From NCBI RefSeq assembly GCF_004010195.1, contig NC_057719.1, positions 17,097,292-17,117,291 of the forward strand: a stretch of DNA of 20,000 nucleotides. The letters are read 5' to 3'. Position 1 is the first letter of the stretch, and the number at the start of each line of letters is the position of its first letter. Positions 1-10,019 of this stretch are shown here, one piece after another. Under the pieces are notes generated by a model. The model did no database searches, had not been told where the DNA came from, and saw only the letters and a program-made list of their open reading frames with translations. Made by a program: the position numbers and the translations under genes. The stretch is from Chiloscyllium plagiosum (lineage: Eukaryota).

Positions 1-257
1 TGTTTCTTTTTCCTTGGTTGAATCTCTGCTGTTGAAACTTTATTGCTGGAACAGCACAGCAGGTCAGGCAGCATCCAGGGAACAGGAGATTCGACGTTTC
101 GGGCACAGGCCCCTCCCCGCCTCCATCCTACTCCGGCCTATCGCCTTCGCCTTGGCCTCTTTCCGCCTATCGCATTTCCGGCGCCCCTCCTCCGGGTCCC
201 TCCTCCCTACCTTTTGTCTTCTCCTGCTGAACACTCTCTGGGTTTGTAGTTTGTGGT

Positions 258-887
258 TTCTACTACAAATCAACCGACTCCCACAGCTACCTGGACTACA
301 CCTCCTCCCATCCTGCCCCCTGTAAAAACGCCATCCCATTCTCCCAATTCCTTCGTCTCCGCCGCATCTGCTCCCAGGAGGACCAGTTCAAAATACGTAC
401 AACCCAGATGGCCTCCTTCTTCAAGGACCGCAATTTCCCCCCCCACGTGGTCGACGGTGCCCTCCACCGCATCTCCTCCACTTCCCGCTCCTCCGCCCTT
501 GAGCCCCGCCCCTCCAACCGCCACCAGGACAGAACCCCACTGGTCCTCACCTACCACCCCACCAATCTCCATGTACAGCGCATCATCCGCCGTCACTTCC
601 GCCACCTCCAAACAGACCCCAGCACCAAGGATATATTTCCCTCCCCACCCCTATCAGCTTTCCGTAGAGACCACTCCCTCCGCGACTCCCTTGTCAGATC
701 CACACCCCCCACCGACCCAACCACCACTCCCGGCACCTTCCCTTGCAACCGCAGGAGGTGCAACACTTGCGCCCACACCTCCCCCCTCACTTCTCTCCAA
801 GGCCCCAAAGGAAAATTCCATATCCGCCACAGATTCACCTGCACCTCCACCCACATCATCTACTGCATCCGCTGCAGCCGGTGTGGC
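258..887 (+). pseudogene. PLE polyprotein remnant: RT thumb, Cys-rich linker and start of the GIY-YIG endonuclease (truncated at both ends)
   Basis: An open frame continuous with ORF 408..1022 reads FYYKSTDSHSYLDYTSSHP..KNAIPFSQFLRLRRICS, PLVLTYHP, AFRRDHSLRDSLV, GTFPCNRRRCNTC and FTCTSTHIIYCIRCSRCG. It breaks just before the expected YIG motif. Confidence 0.88.
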
Positions 888-1034
888 TGCAGTCTTCTTC
901 TTGACCTCTCCGCCTCCATCCTACTCTGGCCTATTGCCTTCGCCTTGGCCTCTTTCCGCCTATCGCATTTCCGGCGCCCCTCCTCCGGGTCCTCCTCCCT
1001 ACCTTTTGTCTTCTCCTGCTGAACACTCTCTGCT

Positions 1035-1071
1035 CATTCCTGGGGAGGGGCCTGTGCCCGAAACGTCGAAT
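1035..1071 (+). ncRNA. Mutated minimal hammerhead ribozyme in the PLE pseudo-LTR (core reads CUGGGGA instead of CUGAAGA)
   Basis: Sequence cattc-ctgggga-g-gggc ctgt gccc-gaaacgtc-gaat. Sister copies at 8498 and 12476 read ctgaagaagggc. Confidence 0.65.
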
Positions 1072-1450
1072 CTCCTGTTCCCTGGATGCTGCCTGACCTG
1101 CTGTGCTGTTCCAGCAATAAAGTTTCAACTTTGATCTCCAGCATCTGCAGACCTCACTTTCTCCTTGAATCTCTGCTGTGTCTCCTGAATTACTCCCATA
1201 AACTCCTTCCATTGCTGTTCCATTGTCTTTCCTGCTTGGCTCCTCTCCCAGTCAGTTCTACCCAGCTCTTCCCTCATGCCTCTGTAGTTGCCTTTATTCA
1301 GCTGTAATACTGTTACCTCTGATTCTATCTTCTCCCTCTCAAACTGCAAATCATATTATGATCACTGCCTCCTAAGAGTTACTTTACTTTAAGCTCCCTT
1401 ACTAAGTCTGTCTCATTGCACAACACTAAATCCAGTATTGCCTGTTCCCT

Positions 1451-1568
1451 GGAGAAAGTGAGGTCTGCAGATGCTGGAGATCAAAGTTGAAACTTTATTG
1501 CTGGAAAAGCACAGCAGGTCAGGCAGCATCCTCGTGGGAGCACGAGGTAGCGCCGATACAGTCATCTA
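1451..1568 (-). mobile_element. Short PLE 3'-tail insertion (same family as 33-1164) plus about 37 bp of extra sequence
   Basis: 1451-1531 is the reverse complement of 1084-1164 (near identical). Flanking duplication tgttccctg at 1443-1451 and 1569-1577. Confidence 0.8.
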
Positions 1569-1960
1569 TGTTCCCTGCTCCATCTTGAAGACATTCCACA
1601 AATTCCTTTCCTTGCAATCCACTACCAACCTAATTTTCCAGTGCACCTGCGTATTGAAACCCCCATGATCACTGTAACTTTGCCTACACATCTTTTCTAT
1701 CTCCTAGTTCATTCTAGTGATGATTGCAGCTACAATCAGTTCATTTAGAGCTTGGATATAATTCTCAACAAAAGGTTAAAGCCCAACGGCAACTTAATGT
1801 GAACCAGAGGACATTATTGTATTTGTCCTCTGAGGAGCAGAGTGCGACAAAGGTTGAGAGACGAGTAGTCAATGGTTGAATAGTAGATTGGTTAGAATGG
1901 ATAACTATTCTGGAAGCTTTGTTTTTGATTATCTCCGAAGTTTGTTAGGTTTCTTTACAG

Positions 1961-2061
1961 TGTGGTTTCAATCAAAAGATGAAACAACAGTGGAAGCTGT
2001 GCAGAATGTGTGGACTTTCCAGTTGTTTATGAATCTGAATAGTTCAGTGTCACCCCATGTG
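1961..2061 (+). CDS. Candidate internal coding exon of an unidentified host gene (xWFQSKDETTVEAVQNVWTFQLFMNLNSSVSPHV)
   Basis: Acceptor tttctttacag ends at 1960 and donor gtacgt starts at 2062. The 101 bp are open in only one frame and end in phase 0. The context is non-repetitive. The protein was not recognised. Confidence 0.4.
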
Positions 2062-2190
2062 GTACGTAAACCCACAGATCCATCTTGGGTGTCCTTGTTT
2101 TCAATATATGCATCATGTTCTGACTGTGTTAATGCAAAGTCTGAGGCTTGATCCAGAACGGGAAGAATTTATTTCTCGGACAAATAATGT

Positions 2191-2432
2191 GATGCTGGAA
2201 ATCTGAAACAAACACAGGAAATTGCTGGAGAAACTTAGTCGATCTGAGAGCATCTGTGGAGAGAGAAACCTTTTGAGTCCAGCTTCTTCTCTGTGTTTAC
2301 ATAAGGATTTATTTCTGGTAATTGGTCAATATCCTGAAGTGTTAACTCTCTTTCTCCCTCCACGGATGCTGATCATTTCCAGTATTTTCTGTTTTTATTT
2401 AAGACTGTCAGCATTTGCAGAACCTTGCTTGT
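2191..2432. repeat. Old, degenerate inverted pair of PLE-like 3'-tail sequences
   Basis: gatgctggaaatctgaaacaaacacaggaaattgctgg...agcatctgtggagagagaaa (2191-2268) is imperfectly complementary to ctctctttctccctccacggatgctg...ccagtattttctgtttttatttaagactgtcagcat (2346-2414). It resembles the young PLE tail. Confidence 0.5.
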
Positions 2433-3010
2433 GTTTCTTGTTTCCCCTGAATTAGTCAAAATGCCACTCATCTCTTTTTTGGATTCTGGCTCATGCCCCG
2501 GGAATAATTCACAGCAGAGGATGGCCATTTGGGTGGTTTTCAAGGCTTTGTTTTCATAAAACAAACCGTGCTGCTCTGAAATGTATGGAAATCCCTCTGT
2601 CCCGGAGTAGAAATCCAGTGGGAGACATTCTTTTTGTGCCTGGCAATATGGTTCAAAAACGTTGAGGTTGATGGAATGATGATCTCTTATCTAGCTAATC
2701 AGGATTTTGGGATAATTAAGTTTCCAGTGTTACTCAGTCCCCAGCACAAAACTGTCTAAAAATTGCTGGAACACTGTACTCTAACTCATACAGGCTGAAG
2801 AAAATTCCACAGATGCTACAGGTGATATTAATCTTATAACATAGTTAACCATTTTTATGCCAGAATGAAGCCTCACTGCGCAACCACCCTCCTGTTATAT
2901 TCAATCGTGCAGTGCGCCACACTGAGTAAAATGGAGATGTGCTCCATCCAGATTTACTGTACTGAAGTGCAGAAACCTTTCTGAAACCATTGGTTTCAGC
3001 CAATGTAGAT

Positions 3011-5746
3011 GATCATAGAGATGTACAGCACAGAAACCAACCTTTCGGTCCAACCCCCCATGCCAACCAGATATCCCAACCTAATCCAGTTCCACTTGCC
3101 AGCACCCGGCCCATATCCTTCCAAAGCCTTCCTATTTATATACCCATCCAGATGCCTTTTAAATGTTGCAATTGTACCAGCCTCCACCGCTTTCTCTGGC
3201 AGTTCATTACATACACGCACCACCCTTTGCATGAAAACGTAGCCCCTTAGGTCCCTTTTATATCTTTCCTCTCTCACCCGAAACCTATATCCTCTAGTTC
3301 TGGACTCCCTCACTCCAGGGAAAAGACCTTGTCTACTTACCCTATCCATGCCCCTCATGATTTTAAAGTCACCCGTCAGCCTCCGACGCTCCAGGGAAAA
3401 TATCCCCAACCAATTCAACCTCTCCCTGTAGCTCAAATACTCCAACCCTGATAAGATCCTTATAAATCTTTTCTGAATCCTTTCAAGTTTCATACCATCC
3501 TTCTGATAGGAAGGAGACCAGAATTGCATGCAATATGACAAAAGTGGCCTAAGCAACATCCTGTACAGCCATAACATGACCTCCCAACTCCTGTACTCAA
3601 TGCTTTGACCAATAAAGGAAAACATACCAAATGCCTTCTTCACTATCCTATCTACCTACAACTCTACTTTCAAGGAGCTATGAACCTGCACTCCAAGGTC
3701 TCTTTGTTCAGCAACACTCCCTAGGACCTTACCATAAAGCGTATAAATCTTCCTAAGATTTACTTTCCCAAAATGCAGCACCTCGCATTTATAAGAATTA
3801 AACTCCATCTGCCACTCCTCAGCCCATTGGCCCACCTGGTCCAGATCCTGTTGTAATCTGAGGTAACCTTTTTCACTGTCCACTGTAGTTCCAATTTTGG
3901 TGTCACCTGCAAACTTACTAACTACACCTCCTATGTTCTCATCTAAATCATTAACATAAATGACGAAAAGTAGTGAACCCAGCACTGATCCTTGTGGCAC
4001 TGCACTGGTCACAGGCCCCCAGTCTGAAAAAAACCCTCCACTACCACCCTTTGTTTTCTACCTTCAAGCCAGTTCTGTATCCAAATGGCTAGTTCTCCCT
4101 GTATTTCCCCTTGCTAACAAGTGTCGCATGGGGAATCTTGTCGAACTCCTTACTGAAGTCCATATAGATCACGTCCATCACTCTGCCCTCATCAATTCTC
4201 TTTATCACTTCTTCAAAAAACTCAATCAAGTTTGTGAAACATGATTTCCCATGCACAAAGCCATGTTGACTAGCCCAAATCAGTGCTTGCCTTTCCAAAT
4301 ATATGTACATTCTGCCCCTCAGGATTCCCTCCAACAATGTGCCCACCACTGATGTCGACCTTACTTAAATAGTGGCACCACATTAGCCAATCTCCAATCT
4401 TCCACCTGTGAATATCGATGATGCAAATATCTCAGCAAGCGGCCAAGCAATCACTTCCCTAGCTTCCCACAGAGTTCTGGGGTACATCTGATCAGGTCCT
4501 GGGGATTTATCCACTGTTGCACATTTCAAGACATTCATTACTTCATCCTCTGTAATATGGGCATTTTTCAAGATTTCACCATCTATTTCCCGACATTTTA
4601 TATCTTCCGTGTCCTTTTCCACAGTAAACACTGATGCAAGATACTCGTTTACGATCTCTCCTATGTCCTGCGGCTCCACACAAAGGCAGCCTTGCTGATC
4701 TTTGAGGGGCCCTATTGTCTCCCTCATTACCCTTCTGTCCTTAATGTATTTGTAAAAACCCTTTAGATTCTCCTTCACCCTATTTGCCAAAGCTATCTCA
4801 TGTCCCCTTTTTGCCCTCCTGATTTCTCTCTTAAGTATACTCCTACTTTATACTCTTCTAAGGATTCACTCGATCTATCCTGTCTGTACCTAACATATGC
4901 TTCCTTCTTTTTCTTCACCAAACCCTCAATTTCTCTGGTCATCCAGCATTCCCTATACCTACCAACCTTTCCTTTCACCCTCACAAATATACCATCTCTG
5001 GACACTTGTTATCTCATTTCTGAAGGCTTCCACTTTTCCATCCATCCCTTTATCTGCAAATATCTGCTCTCAATCAGTTTTTGAAAGTTCTTGCCTAATA
5101 CCATCAAATTAGCCTTTCTCCAAATTAGAACTTCAATTTTTAGATCCATTCTATCCTTTTCCATCACTATTTTAAAACTAATAGAATTATAGTCGCTGGC
5201 CCCAAAGTGCTCCCCCACTGACACCTCAGTCACCTTTCCTGCCTTATTTCCCAAGAGTAGGTCAGGTTTTGTACCTTCTCTTGTAGGTACATCCACATAT
5301 TGCATCAGAAAACTGTCTTGTACACACTTAACAAATTCCTATCCATCTAAATCCTGAACACTATGGCAGTTCCAGTCTATGTTTGGAAAGTTAAAATCCT
5401 CAAGCATAACCACCCTCTTATTCTTACAGATAACTGAAATCTCATTACAAATTTGTTTCTCAATTTCCCACTGACTATTAGGGAGGGTCTATAATAGATC
5501 ATCCCTTTCTCATTTCTCAGTTCCACCCAAATAACTTCCCTTGATGGATTTCCGGGAATATCCTCCCCAAGTACAGCTGTAACATTATCCCTTACCAAAA
5601 ATGCCACTCCACCTCCTCTCTTGCCTCCCTTTCTATCCTTCCTGTAGCATTTGTATCCTGGAACATTAAGCTGCCAGTCCTGTCCATCCCTGAGCCACGT
5701 TTCTATAATTGCTATGATATTCCAATCCTATGTTCCTATCCATGCC
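3011..5746 (-). mobile_element. CR1-clade LINE (HER1-like), 5'-truncated within the endonuclease; ORF2 disrupted
   Basis: Broken ORFs give IIAIIETWL (about 5690), ASDYN, KSPGPDQMYPR, QHGFVHGKSCFTNL, DVIYMDFSKEFDKIPH, AVPQGSVLGSLLF, SKFAGDTK, EEWQMEFN..KC and QRDLGV. The 3' UTR and tail (tcatagag) lie at about 3011-3060. Confidence 0.95.
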
Positions 5747-6161
5747 AGCTACTAGAAGAGGTACTTTGTTTGCTGTAAAGTGTTTTGTGACATTCAGAGG
5801 CTGCAAAAGAGTTTATAGAAGTGCCGATACTTTATTTTTATTCAAGGCTGAGCGATCACTTACTGCAGCGGCTTTGGTCAATGCTTCACAAAAGAAAAAA
5901 ACCTGAAACAATCAGGCAGGTTTTTGACTGGTATGTTCAGCTTTTAGTGGACCTGTCACTGCACTGATTAATGGGCCAGTGAAAGGCGAAATTCAATTTG
6001 GTCACCCAAAGGTTCACCCTACACATCTGCTGCTGGCTCTTTTCAAAAATATTACCCTATGGTAACTGCATTTGTAAGGCGAAGTAATTGGCCTTTGAGC
6101 TATGAACTAACATAACCTGTGCATCCGCATCCAGAATGTTGAAGAGGAGTGCATTGTTTTG

Positions 6162-6518
6162 AAAGCTAAAAATCACACAACACCAGGTTATAGTCCAACA
6201 GGTTTATTCGGAAGCACGAGCTTTCAGAGTGCTGCTCCTTCATCAGGTGCTTGTGGAGTATAACACAGAACCTTGAGCAAAAGATTGCAGTGTGATGTCA
6301 CTGAAATGAAGTATTGAAAAAAAATGGATTGATTGTTAAGTCTTTCATCTTTTTGACCATTTTAGTCTTGGTTCCTTCATATGTAAAATCAACAACTTTT
6401 TAAAAGTTACATTTTCAAGTTAGCTTTAACAATCGGTGCTATTTCAGCTCAGATTGAAGGTGTGAGGTTTAAGTCCAACATTATCTACCCCAGTCTAACA
6501 CCAGAACCTCAAAATCAT
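6162..6518. mobile_element. Second PLE-like family remnant: inverted hammerhead-bearing terminal repeat (6162-6252, minus) and a probable plus-strand tail (6485-6518)
   Basis: Hammerhead motif on the minus strand followed by aataaacctgttggactataacctggtgttgtgtg. The tail accccagtctaacacc recurs at about 17829-17850 (accccagtccaacaccggcatct). Confidence 0.6.
6212..6252 (-). ncRNA. Minimal type-I hammerhead ribozyme motif
   Basis: The minus strand reads aagcac-ctgatga-a-ggag cagca ctct-gaaagctc-gtgctt: 6-bp stem I, intact CUGAUGA and GAAA cores, palindromic AGCU in place of stem III, and a CUC cleavage triplet. Confidence 0.75.
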
Positions 6519-6964
6519 TGATTAGAAAGAAGAGGTTTGTGGGCTGACACTGGTAATGCTGCAGTTAGGATACACAGTGCAGGACTCTGAGTTGACACTA
6601 TATCTTGGGCTAAATCCTATGAGTTTTTGCTTGAGTGAAAGTCATGGTGAGTTTTGAGATACTCACCACAAGGTCTGGTGAGCTGGCTTGTCGAATCTTA
6701 GTAAATTTGCCACACTAATTGCTGTTGCCACCCATATGTCTGATTTCCACCACATTTTACCATACGCAATTCCCTTAGGAACTCGCCACTCAAGGAGATA
6801 TCGACCCTGAGATCAGCATCCCTGTCATCTCTGAACCGCTGATGATCACCTGGAGAAGCACTGGTAGCTGTCCAGCTCGCTGTGCAAGCAGTGAGGAGGG
6901 ATGGACGAGAAGGCGACGCTGGCACAATGTTTCTCATTCACTGACCACAGTGTGGCACAGTGAA

Positions 6965-7087
6965 AAGATCTTCCCTTCCTGGAAGCCACGCAATCCAGAT
7001 GATGCCAGGCTGGTTAGAGATCATCACCTGGGTCAGTGCTATCTCCACGTGTGCAGGACAGGACTGGAGGTCAATGACCTTCTGCAG
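6965..7087 (+). pseudogene. Possible decayed Myb/SANT-like gene fragment of a PIF/Harbinger transposon (appears to resume at 9571-9585)
   Basis: Frameshifted translation KIFP...QMMPGWLEIITWVSAIST...VNDLL, then SAR plus a donor-like gtgaat after the CR1/HE1 block. This resembles the Myb_DNA-bind_5/NAIF1-type pattern W..IA..VS......(R..QCRKK)VNDL. Confidence 0.4.
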
Positions 7088-8416
7088 TCATAGAATCATA
7101 GAGATGTACAGCACGTAAACAGACCCATCAATCCAAATCATCCATGCCAACCAGATATCCTAGATAAATCTAATATAACTGCTAGAATTTGGCCCAATCC
7201 CTGTAAACGCTTCCTATTCATATACCCATCCAGATGTCTTTAACTGTTGTAATTGTACCAGCCACTACCAGTTCTTCTGGCAGCTCAATCCATGCATGCA
7301 CCACCCTCTGTTTGAGATAGTTGTCCTTTTAAATGCCCTCCCCTCTAAGATTAACCTATGCCCTCCAGTTATGGAGTCTTCCACCCTGGGGAAAAGACCT
7401 TGTCTATTTACCCTATCCATGCCCCTCATGACTTTATAAACCTCTATAAGGTCACCCCTCAGCCTCTGATGCTCCAGGGAAAATAGCCCCAGCCTATTTA
7501 GCCTCTCCCTATAGCTCAAAATCTCCAACCCCAGTGACATCCTTGTAAATCTTTTCTGAACTCTTTCAAGTTTCACAATATCTTTCCTAAAGGAAGGAGA
7601 CCATAATTGCATGCAATATTTCAATAGTGGCCTAACCAATGTCCTGTATAGCTGCAACATGACCTCCCAACTCCCACCTCCAAAGTCTTCTTCACTATCC
7701 TGTCTACTTATGACTCCACTTTCAAGGAGGTATGAACCTGCACTCCAAGGTCTCTTTATTGAGCAAAACTCCCCAGATCTTACCATAAGCTTATAAGTGC
7801 TGCCCTGATTTGCATGCCCAAAATGCAACTCCTCGCATTTATCTAAATTAAACTCCATCTGTCATTCCTCAGCCCAATGCCCCAATTGATCAATTGAAAA
7901 ACAGCCCTCCACCACCACCCTCTGTCTTCTGCCTTCGAACCAGCTCTGTATTCAAATGGCAAGTTCTCGCTATATTCCATAAGATCTAACCTGGCTAACC
8001 AGTCTACCACAAGGAACCTTGTTGAAGCCTTACTGAAGTCAATTTTGATCATGTCCATCACTCTGCCCTCATTAAACCTCTGTTGTTTCTTCAAAAACAC
8101 TCAATTAAATAGTGAGACCTGATTTCCACGCACAAACTCATGTTGACTATCCCTAATCAGTGCTTGCCTTTCCAAATACATGTACATCCTGTCCTTCAGG
8201 ATTCCCTCCAAAAACGTGCCGACCACCGATGTTGGGCTCACCAGTCTATAGGTCCCAGGCTTTTTGTTACCGCTTTTCTTAAATAGTGGCACCACATTAG
8301 CCAACCTCCAGACTTCTGGAACCTCACCAATGCTATCAATGAAGTAAATATCTCAGCAAGAGGGCCAGCAATCACTTTCCTAGCTTCCCACAGAGTTCTA
8401 GGGTACCCTGATTAGA

Positions 8417-8624
8417 GCTGAAACTTTATTGCTGGAACAGCACAGCAGGTCAGGCAGCATCTAGGGAACAGAAGATTCGACGTTTCGGGCACATGCCCTG
8501 AAGAAGGGCATGTGCCCGAAACGTCGAATCTTCTGTTCCCTAGATGCTGCCTGACCTGCTGTGCTGTGCTGTTCCAGCAATAAAGTTTCAGCTTTGATCT
8601 CCAGCGTCTGCAGACCTCACTTTC
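8417..8624 (+). mobile_element. Fold-back (palindromic) PLE pseudo-LTR insertion inside CR1
   Basis: Arms 8416-8498 and 8506-8593 are complementary except for a 5-bp gtgct duplication, around a 7-nt loop tgaagaa. TSD accctgattaga at 8405-8416 and 8625-8636. Confidence 0.9.
8498..8529 (+). ncRNA. Minimal hammerhead core (5' arm of stem I lost at the fold-back junction)
   Basis: ctgaaga-a-gggc atgt gccc-gaaacgtc-gaat, with palindromic ACGT and a GUC triplet ending at 8525. Confidence 0.7.
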
Positions 8625-9242
8625 ACCCTGATTAGATCCTGGGGTGTATCCACCTTTATGAGTTTTAATACGTCCAGCACCTCTTCCTCTGTAATATGGA
8701 CATTTTTCAAGGTGTCCCTATTTATTTCCCCATGTTCTATATCTTCCATGTCCTTTTCCACAGTAAATGCTGATGCAAAATACTCATTTAGTATCTCCGC
8801 CACTTCCTGCAGATCCACAGAGGCTGCCTTCCTGATCTTTGAGGGGCCCTATTCTCTTCCCAGTTACCCTTTTGTCCTTAATGTATTTATAAAATCCCTT
8901 TGGATTTGCCTTAACCCTATTAGCCAAAGATATCTCATTACCCTTTTTGCCCACCTTATTTCCCTCTTAATTATATTCTTACTGCCTTTCTACTCTTCCA
9001 AGGATTCACTTGATCTCTGCAGTCTATACCTGACATATAATTCCTTCTTATCCATGACCAAAACCACAATCCTCCTGTCATCCACCTTGCCCACAGCCTT
9101 ACCCTTCACTCTATCAGGAACACACTGTCTCTGAACTCTCATTGCCTCACTTTCGAAGGCTTCCCATTTTCCAGCCATCCCTTTTACCTGCAAAAATCTG
9201 CTCCAATCAACTTTTGAAAGTTCTTGCCCCATACTGTCAAAA

Positions 9243-9566
9243 TTAGATTAGATTAGATTATTGACTGTGGAAACAGGCCCTTCGGCCCAACAAGTCCACA
9301 CCGACCCTCTGAAGCGCAACCCACCCAGACCCATTCCCCTGCACTTACCCCTTCACCTAACACTACAGGCAATTTAGCATGGCCAATTCACCTAACCTGC
9401 ACATTTTTGAACTGTGGGAGGAAACCGGAGCACCCGGAGGAAACCCACGCAGACACGGGGAGAATGTGCAAACTCCACACAGAGAGTCGCCTGAGGCGGG
9501 AATTGAACCCGGGACTCTGGTGCTGTGAGGCAGCAGTGCTAACCACTGTGCTACCGTGCCGACCAC
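9243..9566 (-). mobile_element. HE1 SINE (tRNA-derived V-SINE), full length
   Basis: On the minus strand: A box (tagcacagtgg), B box (ggttcaattccc), V-domain gtgtggagtttgcacattctccccgtgtctgcgtgggtttcctccggg, a CR1-like 3' end and a (taatc)n tail. Highly similar to 18399-18725. Confidence 0.92.
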
Positions 9567-10019
9567 AAATTCTGCCAGGGTGAATGCTATACTCTGCTCT
9601 TTGCCATCTCACATTCATTTCCATCCCTGCTAGTGCATCTGGCTCCCACCAAGGTCCATGTCCTGACATTCTTCTGTTGCGTATGACCCCACCCCTCACT
9701 CACCCCCATCCCTGACCCCACCTGCCTCCAGCCCTAACCTTGCATGGCCTGCAGCCAGTTCTGTTCAAAACCTGGAGTAATGCAACCAGTCCTGTGGCCA
9801 TCTACCTGTCTCCATGGATCAGTTAGTGACTCCCATGGAGGGACAGGCCCAGAACCCTCTAACGGCAGCTAGAATTGGCATGCTTACACTATATTGCCCT
9901 GTGCATTGGTTCTCAGGATCAAATACAGGACCAGAGAGGGTACAGGAACCTAGGCCTGGACGCAAGTGCCCCTCTTCACAAGGAGACAGGACGGTGCCAG
10001 GGGGGCACCCAGCCAGAGG

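Larger units (their letters stand above)
33..1164 (+). mobile_element. Rearranged, 5'-truncated Penelope-like element (Neptune-like) with inverted and direct pseudo-LTR copies
   Basis: TSD ttgaatctctgctg(t) at 18-32 and 1165-1179; perfect 87-bp inverted repeat 32-118/1042-1128; direct repeat 118-240/911-1032; internal PLE ORF fragment. Confidence 0.9.
1..1706 (-). mobile_element. Degenerate CR1-clade LINE ORF2 fragment (APE endonuclease C-terminus and linker), split by two PLE insertions; host segments about 1-31, 1165-1450 and 1569-1706
   Basis: Minus-strand translations give VTVIMG(D)FN-like and GKEFVECLQDG (1578-1700), REQAILDLVLCNE...LLGGSDHNM (1350-1450) and QLNKGNYRGMREEL...QQWKEF (ORF 1125..1349). 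These are typical CR1 endonuclease and linker motifs, with stops and frameshifts. Confidence 0.85.
7088..9242 (-). mobile_element. CR1-clade LINE, 5'-truncated and internally deleted; same family as 3011-5746
   Basis: Tail tcatagaatcatagag at 7088. ORF remnants MANVVPLFKK, LIRDSQHEF, IDFSKA, MEFNLDKC, LYRTLVRPLLKYC, LERVQKRFTRM and RLRGDLIEVYK. Colinear with the first copy. Confidence 0.95.

Noticed and set aside
33..1128. 87-bp terminal inverted repeats suggesting a DNA transposon or MITE
   Set aside because: The interior is PLE RT/GIY-YIG sequence, and the right end extends 36 bp beyond the repeat. This is an inverted pseudo-LTR, not a TIR.
253..1134. 293-aa Pro/Ser/Thr-rich ORF
   Set aside because: It is an alternative frame of the C-rich PLE sequence. 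The PLE motifs are in the 258/408 frame.
2865..2926. Possible extra exon (NEASLRNHPPVIFNRAVRHT), and similarly about 5948-6061
   Set aside because: Weak donor sites (gtaaaa, gtaact) and no recognisable peptide; indistinguishable from chance.
2996..5607. Series of RT/endonuclease-like ORFs as functional CDS
   Set aside because: They are fragments of one CR1 ORF2 with many stops, frameshifts and a mutated catalytic motif (FAGD instead of FADD).
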